From the NCBI GenBank assembly GCA_963675665.1, contig OY776510.1, positions 1,888,001 through 1,952,000 of the forward strand: 64,000 bases of DNA, given 5' to 3'. Under the pieces are notes generated by a model, which did not search any database, was not told where the DNA came from, and saw only the letters and a list, made by a program, of their open reading frames with translations. This DNA is from Spirochaetia bacterium. GTDB lineage: Bacteria > Spirochaetota > Spirochaetia > UBA9216. Shown in pieces: positions 48,821 through 58,506 of this stretch. The first letter of the stretch is position 1, and the number at the start of each line of letters is the position of its first letter. A program made the position numbers and the translations under genes.

Positions 48821-49995
48821 TGGCCGATATAAAGATTAATTTCTGCGGATTCAAACTGGATAATCCCGTGATTGTCCCCGCAGGGGCCCACGGCAGGGAC
48901 GCCGAGACCATTATCAGCGTCGGTAAAACCGGAGTAGCCGGTGTCTGCACTAAAACAATTACCGCCCAGGCTCCGCCGGATGTACGCCCGTGCTTTACGG
49001 CCGTTAATTCCGGCATGATCAATTCGGTATTCGGTTCGGATAAGCCGGCTGAATACTGGTTTTCGGAAGGTATTTCAAAGGCAAAAAAGACCGGCAGCGC
49101 GCTTGTGATTGCGAACCTGGCCGGTTTTTATCCCGAGCAGGCTGCCGAACTGGCAAAAATGGCGGTAGACTGCGGGGCTGATATGGTTGAAGTACCTACA
49201 CATTGCCCTCATATGGGCGAAATCCTGATGGCCATGTTTCCCGAAATGGAGATGTCCGAACCCAAACTTACGGACCTGGGCCCGATGAAAGCTTCGGTCG
49301 CCCTGATTAAAGAAGCAGTGAATGTTCCGGTAATCGTCAAACTCTCCGGAAGCTTTTCGAATATTGTCCGGGAATGGGCTGCCGGGGTCAGGGATTCGGG
49401 TGCGGATGCAATTGCGTGTTCCGATGCATTCGGACCGGCCCTTTCGATTGATCTCAAGACAGGACAACCGGCGCTCGGCGGACCGAGGGGCGTAGGAGGG
49501 CTGACAGGCCCGGCCATCAAGCCGATTGTACTGCGAATGGTAATGGAAATAGCCGATACGGTTGATTTACCGATAATAGGGGTCGGGGGAGCTTCAAGCG
49601 CTGAGGATGTTCTTGAATACACAATGGCGGGCGCTACCCTGGTAGGCGTATGCACTCACGGGCATATGAAAGGCATAAACGCATATGAAAAGCTTATAAA
49701 CTCCATATCCCCGGCACTTGACAAATACGGCTACGACAGCCTGGATGAGATCCGGGGATTGACTTTGAAACGAATTGAACAACGAAAAACTGAAGGAAAG
49801 CAGGCGGTTACAGAAGCTGTTGTACCTGCGGTTGATCATTCCCGTTGTATCCTCTGTAAAAAATGTGCCCGGGTATGTGCTTATGATGCTATAGTGATTA
49901 GGGACAAGGTTGAAGTATCGTCCGAAAAGTGTTACGGCTGCGGTTTGTGCGTCAGCGTATGCCCTGAAGATGCTTTGAGCCAGAATTATTACTAA
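48820..49995 (+). CDS. Dihydropyrimidine/dihydroorotate dehydrogenase-like FMN protein with C-terminal 2x[4Fe-4S] (PreA-like)
   Basis: NPV, TKT, HCPH, PVIVKL, GG.TGPAIKP, PIIGVGG, two CxxCxxCxxxC motifs. Confidence 0.85.
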   Translation: MADIKINFCGFKLDNPVIVPAGAHGRDAETIISVGKTGVAGVCTKTITAQAPPDVRPCFTAVNSGMINSVFGSDKPAEYWFSEGISKAKKTGSALVIANLAGFYPEQAAELAKMAVDCGADMVEVPTHCPHMGEILMAMFPEMEMSEPKLTDLGPMKASVALIKEAVNVPVIVKLSGSFSNIVREWAAGVRDSGADAIACSDAFGPALSIDLKTGQPALGGPRGVGGLTGPAIKPIVLRMVMEIADTVDLPIIGVGGASSAEDVLEYTMAGATLVGVCTHGHMKGINAYEKLINSISPALDKYGYDSLDEIRGLTLKRIEQRKTEGKQAVTEAVVPAVDHSRCILCKKCARVCAYDAIVIRDKVEVSSEKCYGCGLCVSVCPEDALSQNYY

Positions 49996-50060
49996 TACAG
50001 TTTTAAATATGTTATTTATTAGCCGGAAGGCTGTAAAAATAAATAAAAAAGGAGAAAACC

Positions 50061-51149
50061 ATGAAGGATAACAAAAAAATCCTGGCCGCGGCAGTAATTT
50101 TCTTACTGCTGATCACTCCGGTTCTTGTTTTTGCAGGAGGACAGCAGGAAGCTGCCGCTCCGGCAGCTCAGGAAGTCAAGAAGGAAGAACCTGCAAAAAA
50201 GGCTGAACCGTTCAAGCTGGCGGTAGTTGTCCCGGGCGTAACAGCCGGCAGTCCGCTATATGAACAGCTTGTTGAAGGGGCTCAGAAAGCTGTTGATGAA
50301 TATCCGAACGCTTCGATGAAGGTTGTCGAGCTTGGATTCAATCAGGCCGAATGGGCGGAAAAGATGACATCAATAGTTGCAACCTCCATGTATGACGTTG
50401 TTATCACTTCAAACCCGTCAATGCCGTTTGTATGTATGGATCTTGCCGCGCAGTTCCCCGAGCAGAAGTTTATTTTCGTCGATGCGTTTATAGAAGGGCA
50501 TCCCCAGATGGCTTCTTTCCTCTACAACCAGGTAGAGCAGTCCTATATGCTCGGTTATCTTGCCGGACTTATTACTACCAGCAAAATGCCGGGCGCAAAT
50601 GCTGATCTTAAAATCGGAGTTGTTGTAGCACAGGAATATCCCGCGCTTAACAAAATGATGGTTCCCGGTTTTGAACAGGGTGCCAAGGCGGTTAACCCCG
50701 GAATAACTCTTGATTATCGTGTAATCGGAAACTGGTATGATGCAAATAAAGCGGGTGAACTGGCAAAGAGCATGGTTGATTCGGGAGTAGATGTCATCGG
50801 CGTTATCTGCGGCGGAGCAGCCCCCGGTGTATTCGAAGTCTGTAAGGAAAGAAACAAATACGTTATGTACTGGGATGATAATTCCTACTCAAAGGCTCCC
50901 GGGATCATTGCAGGCTGCGGTGCTCTGCACCAGACCAAGCTTGTATATGAAGTTGTAAGCGATGCCATCAATGGAATGGTTGATTACGGAACAGGAACAA
51001 AGCTCTATTCAAGAGACGGATATATTGAATTTGTAAGCGATGATCCTAACTATATCAGCCTGATTCCGGAAGATATCAAGGCGAAGCAGAAGGAAGTTGT
51101 TGACTCAATCATGTCGGGGAAACTGAAACTGGAGATTCCCCAACTGTAA
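50061..51149 (+). CDS. BMP family (nucleoside-type) ABC substrate-binding protein
   Basis: FAGGQQE N-terminus; FPEQKF..VD, E.SY.LGYLAG, GF.QGA..VNP, GNW.DA. Confidence 0.88.
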   Translation: MKDNKKILAAAVIFLLLITPVLVFAGGQQEAAAPAAQEVKKEEPAKKAEPFKLAVVVPGVTAGSPLYEQLVEGAQKAVDEYPNASMKVVELGFNQAEWAEKMTSIVATSMYDVVITSNPSMPFVCMDLAAQFPEQKFIFVDAFIEGHPQMASFLYNQVEQSYMLGYLAGLITTSKMPGANADLKIGVVVAQEYPALNKMMVPGFEQGAKAVNPGITLDYRVIGNWYDANKAGELAKSMVDSGVDVIGVICGGAAPGVFEVCKERNKYVMYWDDNSYSKAPGIIAGCGALHQTKLVYEVVSDAINGMVDYGTGTKLYSRDGYIEFVSDDPNYISLIPEDIKAKQKEVVDSIMSGKLKLEIPQL

Positions 51150-51164
51150 GGTTGAAAATGAACA

Positions 51165-51192
51165 GAGGCCGTGGGCGGAAGTCCACGGCTTC
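51165..51192 (+). other. Stem-loop after the binding-protein gene
   Basis: GAGGCCGTGGGC-GGAA-GTCCACGGCTTC with G-U pairs and a GNRA loop. Confidence 0.6.
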
Positions 51193-51215
51193 AAATTTTA
51201 TTCAGGAAGGTGTAA

Positions 51216-52760
51216 GTGGAATCCTATCTTGGCATGCAGAACATCTGTAAAACGTTCAGTACAACGGGGCTTAAAGCAAACGACAATGTGAACCTTAATG
51301 TAAAAAAAGGGGAAATACACGCGCTTGTAGGTGAAAACGGCGCCGGAAAGACAACTCTGATGAATATCCTTTACGGGATAGAGCAAATGGATTCCGGGGT
51401 TGTCAGGCTCAACGGCAGGGATGTGAAGATTAACAATCCGATTGATGCAAACCGCCTGGGGATAGGAATGGTCCATCAGCACTTTAAACTAATAAACGAG
51501 TTTACTGTTGCCCAGAATGTGGTTTTGGGAATTGAGCCTGTTAAAGGGGCTGTTTTTTTTGATAACAGGAGGGCAGAGAAGGCTGTAGCCGATGTTATTG
51601 AAAAAAATCATTTCCATATTTCACCGGACGCCAGAATATCAGAGCTTAGCGTAGGACAGATGCAGCAGGTAGAAATAATAAAAATGCTCTACCGAAAGGC
51701 CGAACTGCTGATTCTTGATGAACCCACGTCGGTTCTGACGGAACAGGAGATACAAAGACTATTTGAAACCCTTACCGGACTTATCAAGCAGGATAAAACG
51801 ATTATTATTATCACTCATAAGCTTACCGAGGTTAAGGATATATCGGATCGCATTACCGTAATGAGGCGGGGTCAGGTTGTTGCTGAAAAGGATACGGCCG
51901 ATGTAGATGAAAGCGAAATATCCAGGCTAATGGTAGGAAAGCGCGTGCTGTTTGATTTCGGACAGAAGGTGGACGGCTGCAGGGACGCTGTTCTCAGTCT
52001 TGAAGATGTCACTATCAGCAAAAAAAAGCAGGGACGGCTTGTGCTTGATAGCATTAATTTCAGCGCTTCGACATGCGAGATTGTAGGGATAACCGGGGTA
52101 GCCGGAAACGGTCTTACCGAACTTGAAGATGTTATTGCAGGTTTGCAGAAAATCAGCAGCGGAAAGATATACCATAATGACAGTGATATTACTAATATTT
52201 CACCACGGGAGCGGCGTGACAAGGGCCTTGCGTATGTACCCACAGACAGGCTCAACCGCGGTTCAAGCCTTGAAACTTCAGTAAAGGAAAACCTTATATT
52301 GACCAGTCATCATGAGTTTATGAAATCGGGCGGAATTTTTGACGAAGAAAAGATTACACGTCACAGCAAGCGGCTTATTTCAGAATACATGATTGACGGG
52401 TCGTCCGATGTTGCAATCGGGACATTGTCGGGAGGCAATATCCAGAAAGTTATTCTGGCGCGTGAACTTGACCGGGTTAAGGATTTTGTTTTGTTCTCGG
52501 AACCGACCTGGGGGCTTGATGTTGCAAGCAGCGAGTTTATATACGAAAAGATGCTTGAAATGAGGGCGAGGGGCGTTGCAGTAGTTCTGATATCATCCAA
52601 CATAGATGAAATCCTGTCGCTTTCCGATACAATAATTGTTTTGTACCGGGGCAGAATTGTAACCAGGAAGAACGCCGGATCTGAACTTACGCGTGAGGAG
52701 ATAGGCGAGTATATGCTGGGTATCAAGGATGATTTTAAGGGAGACGCAGATGAAAATTAA
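51216..52760 (+). CDS. Nucleoside-type ABC transporter ATP-binding protein
   Basis: GENGAGKT, GMVHQHF, LDEPT, GVAGNG, LSGGNIQK, PTWGLD. Confidence 0.93.
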   Translation: MESYLGMQNICKTFSTTGLKANDNVNLNVKKGEIHALVGENGAGKTTLMNILYGIEQMDSGVVRLNGRDVKINNPIDANRLGIGMVHQHFKLINEFTVAQNVVLGIEPVKGAVFFDNRRAEKAVADVIEKNHFHISPDARISELSVGQMQQVEIIKMLYRKAELLILDEPTSVLTEQEIQRLFETLTGLIKQDKTIIIITHKLTEVKDISDRITVMRRGQVVAEKDTADVDESEISRLMVGKRVLFDFGQKVDGCRDAVLSLEDVTISKKKQGRLVLDSINFSASTCEIVGITGVAGNGLTELEDVIAGLQKISSGKIYHNDSDITNISPRERRDKGLAYVPTDRLNRGSSLETSVKENLILTSHHEFMKSGGIFDEEKITRHSKRLISEYMIDGSSDVAIGTLSGGNIQKVILARELDRVKDFVLFSEPTWGLDVASSEFIYEKMLEMRARGVAVVLISSNIDEILSLSDTIIVLYRGRIVTRKNAGSELTREEIGEYMLGIKDDFKGDADEN

Positions 52761-53790
52761 CCGCAGCGAAATGTTTATCTCATTTTCAGCGCTTCTAATC
52801 ACTCTCGGCGCGGCATTTCTGGTTATGCTTTTAATGATTTTTCTGATGAGCGAGACACCGGGTGAAACTATCTGGTTCTTTTTTGCCGGGCCGCTGACAA
52901 ACAGATATTACCTGGGAAACATGTTTAACGCCGCCATCCCCCTGATCCTGACCGGGCTTGGGATTTCGTTTGCATTCAGGGCATCAATGTTTAATCTCGG
53001 GGGCGAAGGCCAGGTATACGCCGGCGGATTGGCCGCCACAGCTGTCTGCCTTGCAATGCCAGCCGCCGCAGGTTTTTTCGGAATCACCGTCAGCCTTCTG
53101 GCGGCAGTTGTTACCGGCTCCGTGATTGCCGGGCTCTCAGGATTTTTCAAGATGAAATGGAGAACGGATGAACTGATATCATCATTTCTTATCTCAAATG
53201 CACTGATATATGTAGTTGACTTTTTCATTACGGGGCCGCTTGATGATCCTGTAAACAACCTGCTTACTACCGGTAAAATTTCCGAGCAGTTTTGGTTTAT
53301 GAAGATCTTTTTACCGTCAAATCTTGATATCAGCATCATTTTTGTAGTTTTAATCGCTGTTCTGGCCTTTTTCTATTTATTCAGAACCCATCAGGGCTAT
53401 GAAATGAGAATGTGCGGTCTTAATTCGGAATTTGCACGGTACGGGGGGATTAATGTAAAAATCTATATGATTCTGCCGATGCTGTGGAGCGGCGCTTTTC
53501 ACGGTCTTGCCGGCGCATTATCAATTCTGGGTACGCACCATATGTGCCTGAAAGGTTTTTCCGGAGGAATGGGCTGGAACGGAATTGCCGTTGCGCTTAT
53601 AGCCAAGAACAATCCTGTGGCTGTAATACCGGCGGCGTTGTTTTTTGCATACCTGGAGGCCGGGGCAAAGTCAGCAATGATTAATGCCGATGTTACAATT
53701 GAAATAGCGTCCGTTGTCCAGTCGGTTGTATTCTTTTTAATAACGGCCCAGGCCATATATAATTTTGTCAGATACAGGAGTGCAAGATGA
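52750..53790 (+). CDS. Nucleoside-type ABC transporter permease
   Basis: PLILTGL, FNLGGEGQ, G.N..FARYGGI, G.NGIAVAL.A.NNP. Confidence 0.92.
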   Translation: MKINRSEMFISFSALLITLGAAFLVMLLMIFLMSETPGETIWFFFAGPLTNRYYLGNMFNAAIPLILTGLGISFAFRASMFNLGGEGQVYAGGLAATAVCLAMPAAAGFFGITVSLLAAVVTGSVIAGLSGFFKMKWRTDELISSFLISNALIYVVDFFITGPLDDPVNNLLTTGKISEQFWFMKIFLPSNLDISIIFVVLIAVLAFFYLFRTHQGYEMRMCGLNSEFARYGGINVKIYMILPMLWSGAFHGLAGALSILGTHHMCLKGFSGGMGWNGIAVALIAKNNPVAVIPAALFFAYLEAGAKSAMINADVTIEIASVVQSVVFFLITAQAIYNFVRYRSAR

Positions 53791-54689
53791 ACGGCAATGA
53801 GTTCACAATCCCTCTGATACATAATTCAATAAATATAATGACTCCGTTCCTGCTTGCCGGAATCGGCGGCCTGATGACCGAGCTTGCCGGAATGCTTAAT
53901 ATCGCGCTTGAAGGTCTGATCCTTATAGGTGCATTTTTCAGCGTAATTTTCGCAGCTGCCACGGGAAGCCTGTTTCTGGGACTGCTGCTTGGAATTCTTA
54001 TGACAGTGCTTGTTTCATATGTGTTCGGAGCAATTACCCTTTACCTCAAGGCAAATGTATTTATAACCGGGCTGGCAACAAACCTTCTTGCCGGGGGACT
54101 TACAGCTGTTTTGTCTTTCTATTTTTTCGGAACAAAGGGAAACCTGATGTTTAACGATCTCCCTGATCTGCCGCGGCTGAATGTTCCCGCACTTCATGGA
54201 ATCCCGGTGATTGGAGATATTCTTTTCGGTCATAATGTTCTTGTTTACATAGGATGGGTGATTGTAATAATTGCGTGGATAGCCATTTATAAGACCGCGT
54301 TCGGTTTCAGACTTCGGGGGACGGGAAGTAATCCGAAAGCCATGATAGCACTGGGATTGAATCCGAAAAACTACCAGATGATTGGAATCCTTATTTCCGG
54401 GTTTACCTGCGGAATTGCGGGGGCTGTGCTTACGCTTAACCTGGGAGCGTATGTTCCGAACATATCGGCAGGAAGGGGATGGATTGCACTGGTTGTAATA
54501 TACCTCGGCGGGAAAACACCCTTCGGTATTCTCGGGGCTGCTTTTGTGTTCGGACTTGCCGAGAGCCTGTCCAATTACGCGCAGGGGTTTACGGACATAC
54601 CGGCGGATTTCATCCTGGCTTTTCCGTATATAATAACTGTTGTTGCGATGGTGATAATGTCGGTTGTCCGGCATCGGCGGGAGGAATAG
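53787..54689 (+). CDS. Nucleoside-type ABC transporter permease
   Basis: E.AG.LNIALEG, G.RLR..G.NP, AGRGWIAL, PYI.T. Confidence 0.92.
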   Translation: MNGNEFTIPLIHNSINIMTPFLLAGIGGLMTELAGMLNIALEGLILIGAFFSVIFAAATGSLFLGLLLGILMTVLVSYVFGAITLYLKANVFITGLATNLLAGGLTAVLSFYFFGTKGNLMFNDLPDLPRLNVPALHGIPVIGDILFGHNVLVYIGWVIVIIAWIAIYKTAFGFRLRGTGSNPKAMIALGLNPKNYQMIGILISGFTCGIAGAVLTLNLGAYVPNISAGRGWIALVVIYLGGKTPFGILGAAFVFGLAESLSNYAQGFTDIPADFILAFPYIITVVAMVIMSVVRHRREE

Positions 54690-54720
54690 AAGCGTTTTAA
54701 AGTAAAACATCATGTTGTGC

Positions 54721-54786
54721 TTGATAAACCGGAAACTCTAACGTATAATAAACCTAACGTTATACGTAAGAAAAAACAACGTAAGG
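54721..54786 (+). promoter_or_regulatory. Promoter and MerR-type operator repeats
   Basis: TTGATA-17-TATAAT (54721-54749); CTAACGT-TAT-ACGTAAG (54754-54770) plus extra CTAACGT/ACGTAAG half-sites. Confidence 0.55.
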
Positions 54787-54791
54787 TGTGT

Positions 54792-55235
54792 ATGTACAGG
54801 ATAGGTGATTTGGCAAAGCTTGCGGACGTAACCGTAAGAACCATTCGATATTATGAAGAACTGGGGCTTATTGAGGCCCCGAACAGAAAGGACAGCGGTC
54901 AGAGAAGGTATTCCGAGAAGGATTTAATCTATCTGAAACGAATCATCCAGCTTAAAAGCTACGGGCTGACGCTCGTTGAGATTAAAGAGATTATCGATCT
55001 CGGGAAAACGGACCCTTCCGGTGAAATGCGTAGAATCAGGCTGTTGAAACATTACAGAGAAAAGATGAGCGATGCCATGACCAGGAAAGAGAATCTTGAG
55101 AGTTATATTGATGAGCTTAAATGGCATGTAGAACAGCTTGAGGAGGTCTCTGACTTTCAGGGCTGCCCGGGTCCGGCCTGCGCGGACTGCAAGTTTCTTG
55201 AGAAGTGCCGTTTTGCGGTTAGAGAGGAGGACTAA
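54792..55235 (+). CDS. MerR family regulator with Cys-rich C-terminus
   Basis: YRIGDLAK...V.VRTIRYYE..GLI, R.YS; C-terminal CPGPACADC....KC. Confidence 0.9.
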   Translation: MYRIGDLAKLADVTVRTIRYYEELGLIEAPNRKDSGQRRYSEKDLIYLKRIIQLKSYGLTLVEIKEIIDLGKTDPSGEMRRIRLLKHYREKMSDAMTRKENLESYIDELKWHVEQLEEVSDFQGCPGPACADCKFLEKCRFAVREED

Positions 55236-56257
55236 TGAAATCAGCTGTACTGGTTGATGCCGGTAAAATAGAAATACAGGAAGTTCCTGTTCCCGAATGC
55301 GGAGATAATGACGTACTTGTAAAGATCGCGTACTGCGGAATCTGTACCCTGGAGCAGCGGCTGTTCAGCGGCGATATGAAAATATATTACCCGATAGTGC
55401 CGGGGCATGAGGCGTCAGGCACTGTTGAGGCGGTCGGCAGCGGGGTCAAGTCGTCGATAAAGCCCGGGGACCGGGTTGCTCTTGATATGGTCTACCGCTG
55501 TCATCAATGTTATTACTGCCGCACCGGGCAATCCAATTTATGCGAGAACCGTTTCAGTAAGGGTATCAAGCCTCTTGGGGGGTTTTCGCAATATGTGGCT
55601 GTTGAACCTGCAAGGATCTTCCAGGTCGGCGACAGCCTGCCGCTTGAAGAAGCAGCCTTTGTTGAACCTGTTGCCTGTTGTCTTCGTTCGCTTAAAAAAC
55701 TTAATGTAACTGTCGCCGAAGATGTGCTGATTGTCGGAGCCGGACCGATGGGGCTGATGCATCTTCAGGTTGCGCTTGTTATGGGTGCAAGGGTATTTGT
55801 TTCCGATGTTGATGAATCAAGACTGAAAACGGCCGGGCAGATGGGAGCCGACGGGATAATAAACCCGCTGAAACAGGATGTGGCGGGTGTGCTCAAAGCC
55901 CAAACAGACGGACGGGGTGTTGATGCCTGTGTTGTTACCAGCCCGGCGCTTCCCGCGCTGGATTCTGCGTTTCAGTCGATACGAAAAAACGGCAGGATTA
56001 ATATTTATACTGCATATATGACGGATAAACCGGAAATGCCTATTGATATGAATACGCTTCACAGGAATGAAGTTCTTGTAACCGGTACGGAAGGCCGTAC
56101 CGAGTTTGATTTTCAACAGGCCGCAAGACTGCTTTCTTTCGGAAAAATAAACATTAAGCCGTTGATAAGCAGAATTGCAGGTTTCGGGGATTTGGAAGAC
56201 GGTATAAAAGCCGCTTCAGGAACCGGGACCCAGCGTGTCCTTTTGAGGCTTAACTGA
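55235..56257 (+). CDS. Zn-dependent polyol/alcohol dehydrogenase (MDR)
   Basis: CGIC, PGHE..G, CxxCxxC structural Zn site, EP.AC, GAGPMG. Confidence 0.92.
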   Translation: MKSAVLVDAGKIEIQEVPVPECGDNDVLVKIAYCGICTLEQRLFSGDMKIYYPIVPGHEASGTVEAVGSGVKSSIKPGDRVALDMVYRCHQCYYCRTGQSNLCENRFSKGIKPLGGFSQYVAVEPARIFQVGDSLPLEEAAFVEPVACCLRSLKKLNVTVAEDVLIVGAGPMGLMHLQVALVMGARVFVSDVDESRLKTAGQMGADGIINPLKQDVAGVLKAQTDGRGVDACVVTSPALPALDSAFQSIRKNGRINIYTAYMTDKPEMPIDMNTLHRNEVLVTGTEGRTEFDFQQAARLLSFGKINIKPLISRIAGFGDLEDGIKAASGTGTQRVLLRLN

Positions 56258-57717
56258 TGATAATTGCATTTGATATAGGAACGACAGTTCTGAAGGCTGC
56301 GCTTTTAACTGAAGACGGAAAATTCAGGGGACTGACATCAAGATCGATGTCACTCTGCGATACCGTTGAAAGCGGCTGTTATGAGGCGGAATCCCGCGAG
56401 TGGATAGAGGCTTTCGGTTCTGCCGTAAAGGAACTGCTGCAAATCCCAGGGGCGGAAAGTTTGAGGGCCGTCGTGATAAGCGGAAACGGTCCGACCCTTG
56501 TGCCGGTAGCGTCCGACGGGACCTTCCTTGAACCTGTGATGTCGTGGATGGATCGCAGGGGTACTGAACAATCCCGGAAAATCGGGAGCGTGCAGGACTT
56601 TGTAATCGACCCGACATTCTATCTTCCGAAGGCTATGTGGATAGCAGACAACCTGCCCGAAGTTTATAAACAAACGAAATACTTCCTCTCATGTCCTGAA
56701 GCTATGGCTTTCTGGCTGACCGGAGAGGCTGTAACGATTCTTCCCGGGCTGAAATTTGAAAAATATTTCTGGAGTGATACTCTCCTCGAGGCTGTAGGGA
56801 TGGACAAAACCAAATTTCCCGGTTTTGTGAAGCCCGGGCATATAACAGGAAAGATCAGCCGTAGCGGGGCCGTCGAATCAGGGCTGCCCGAAGGGCTGCC
56901 GGTAGTATCCGCAGGCCCTGATTTTGTTGTAACCCAGCTAGGCACTGCGGCTGTATATCCGGGACGGGCCTGCGACAGGGCCGGGACCTCGGAAGGAATT
57001 AACCTGTGTACAGAAAAGTATGTGGAAGATCCGAGGCTTATGGGATACGGACATGTTGTTGAGCCGTGGTTCAATATTTCAGGGATTATCTCCACATCGG
57101 GAAAAGCCTTTGAATGGGCGAAACAGCAGTACGGCGATTTTGATGATGATTATGAAAGTCTTCTGAAAGCTGCAAAAACTGCATCTCCCGGGGCCGACGG
57201 GCTGATTTTCCTGCCTTACCTCGCAGGCGAGCGGGCCCCGCACTGGGACCCTTCCGCACGCGGCGCTTTTATCGGTCTCGGTCTGCACCACGGGCGGGCG
57301 GAAATGATCAGGGCCGTACTGGAGTCGATCGGATTTGCAATGCGTGACGTTATTGATGTGATGGCGGAAAACGACGGCCGTGTCGACGAGTTGAGAATCA
57401 CAGGGGGTCCGTCAAAAAGTCCGCTTTGGAACCAGATAAAAGCCGACGTAACCGGCCGGAGACTGCTGGTCCCCGAATCAACCGAATCGGAACTTCTGGG
57501 TAATCTGGTTATTGCTCTCAGGGCACTGGGCGATACCGATGAACTGGCCGACACGGCAGATCGAATTGTAAGGATCAGGGATGTCTATGAACCCGATCCG
57601 AACAGGCATGCTCTTTATTCGGAATATTTTGAAATATACAGGGATTCGTACAAGAGACTGAAGGATATATTCAGCTCACTGCAGAAAGCAGTCCCCGGCA
57701 GGGGGAAAGGAGAATAG
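56257..57717 (+). CDS. FGGY family carbohydrate kinase (xylulokinase-like)
   Basis: FDIGTT, W.DRR, GTS, FLPYLAGERAP.WD, TGG.SKS..W.QIKAD. Confidence 0.92.
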   Translation: MIIAFDIGTTVLKAALLTEDGKFRGLTSRSMSLCDTVESGCYEAESREWIEAFGSAVKELLQIPGAESLRAVVISGNGPTLVPVASDGTFLEPVMSWMDRRGTEQSRKIGSVQDFVIDPTFYLPKAMWIADNLPEVYKQTKYFLSCPEAMAFWLTGEAVTILPGLKFEKYFWSDTLLEAVGMDKTKFPGFVKPGHITGKISRSGAVESGLPEGLPVVSAGPDFVVTQLGTAAVYPGRACDRAGTSEGINLCTEKYVEDPRLMGYGHVVEPWFNISGIISTSGKAFEWAKQQYGDFDDDYESLLKAAKTASPGADGLIFLPYLAGERAPHWDPSARGAFIGLGLHHGRAEMIRAVLESIGFAMRDVIDVMAENDGRVDELRITGGPSKSPLWNQIKADVTGRRLLVPESTESELLGNLVIALRALGDTDELADTADRIVRIRDVYEPDPNRHALYSEYFEIYRDSYKRLKDIFSSLQKAVPGRGKGE

Positions 57718-58506
57718 ATGAATTTCGGAAAAACAGTCAGAATGAATAATATATTCAGAAAGGATACCGGCAGATCGGTAATCGTTGCCATTGATCACGG
57801 TGGAATAGCCGGGCCCATGAAGGGTATCAATGAGCCTGCAAAACTGATTCAGGCCTGTGTCGACGGAGGCGCGGATGGGGTTCTCACAACCAGGGGGTTT
57901 CTGAGAGCGGCTGAAGATGGGTTTGACCGAAACCTTTCAATTATCCTTAGACTGACCGGCGGATTCACAGTTCTCGGGGGGATGTTTGAAGAAGAGATGA
58001 TTACCTCTGTTGAAACCGCGCTTCGTTACGGTTCGGCCGGCGCCGCTGTTACCGTAAAATTCGGTCACCAGCGGGAAGGTCATTTTACCAGGCAGGCGTC
58101 GCTTGTTGCAGACAGCTGTGAGGAATGGGGGCTTCCGCTTATGGTTGAAGCAATGGCAAAAGGAAAGGATCTGAAAGCCACTGATCCGAAGGGGATAAAA
58201 CTCGCTGCCCGCGCAGCAGCCGAGATAGGGGCCGATATGGTTAAAACATATTATACCGGTGATCCTGACTCATTTGCCGAAGTTGTTGAAGGCTGCATGG
58301 TTCCTGTTGTGATCCTCGGCGGGGAAAAAAGCGATTCAATCCGTGATGTTTTTGACGATGTGTACTATTCGATTCAGGCAGGCGGTTCAGGTATAGCAAT
58401 CGGCCGGAATATATGGCAGCATGAAAATGTAAAAGCGATGGTTGAAGCCATGTGCGGACTCGTTCATGAAGGATGGTCTGTGGATCAGGCAATGGCCCAT
58501 ATATAA
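57718..58506 (+). CDS. DhnA-type class I aldolase
   Basis: VAIDHG, GAD.VKTYYTG, PVVILGG, G.AIGRNIWQ. Confidence 0.9.
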   Translation: MNFGKTVRMNNIFRKDTGRSVIVAIDHGGIAGPMKGINEPAKLIQACVDGGADGVLTTRGFLRAAEDGFDRNLSIILRLTGGFTVLGGMFEEEMITSVETALRYGSAGAAVTVKFGHQREGHFTRQASLVADSCEEWGLPLMVEAMAKGKDLKATDPKGIKLAARAAAEIGADMVKTYYTGDPDSFAEVVEGCMVPVVILGGEKSDSIRDVFDDVYYSIQAGGSGIAIGRNIWQHENVKAMVEAMCGLVHEGWSVDQAMAHI

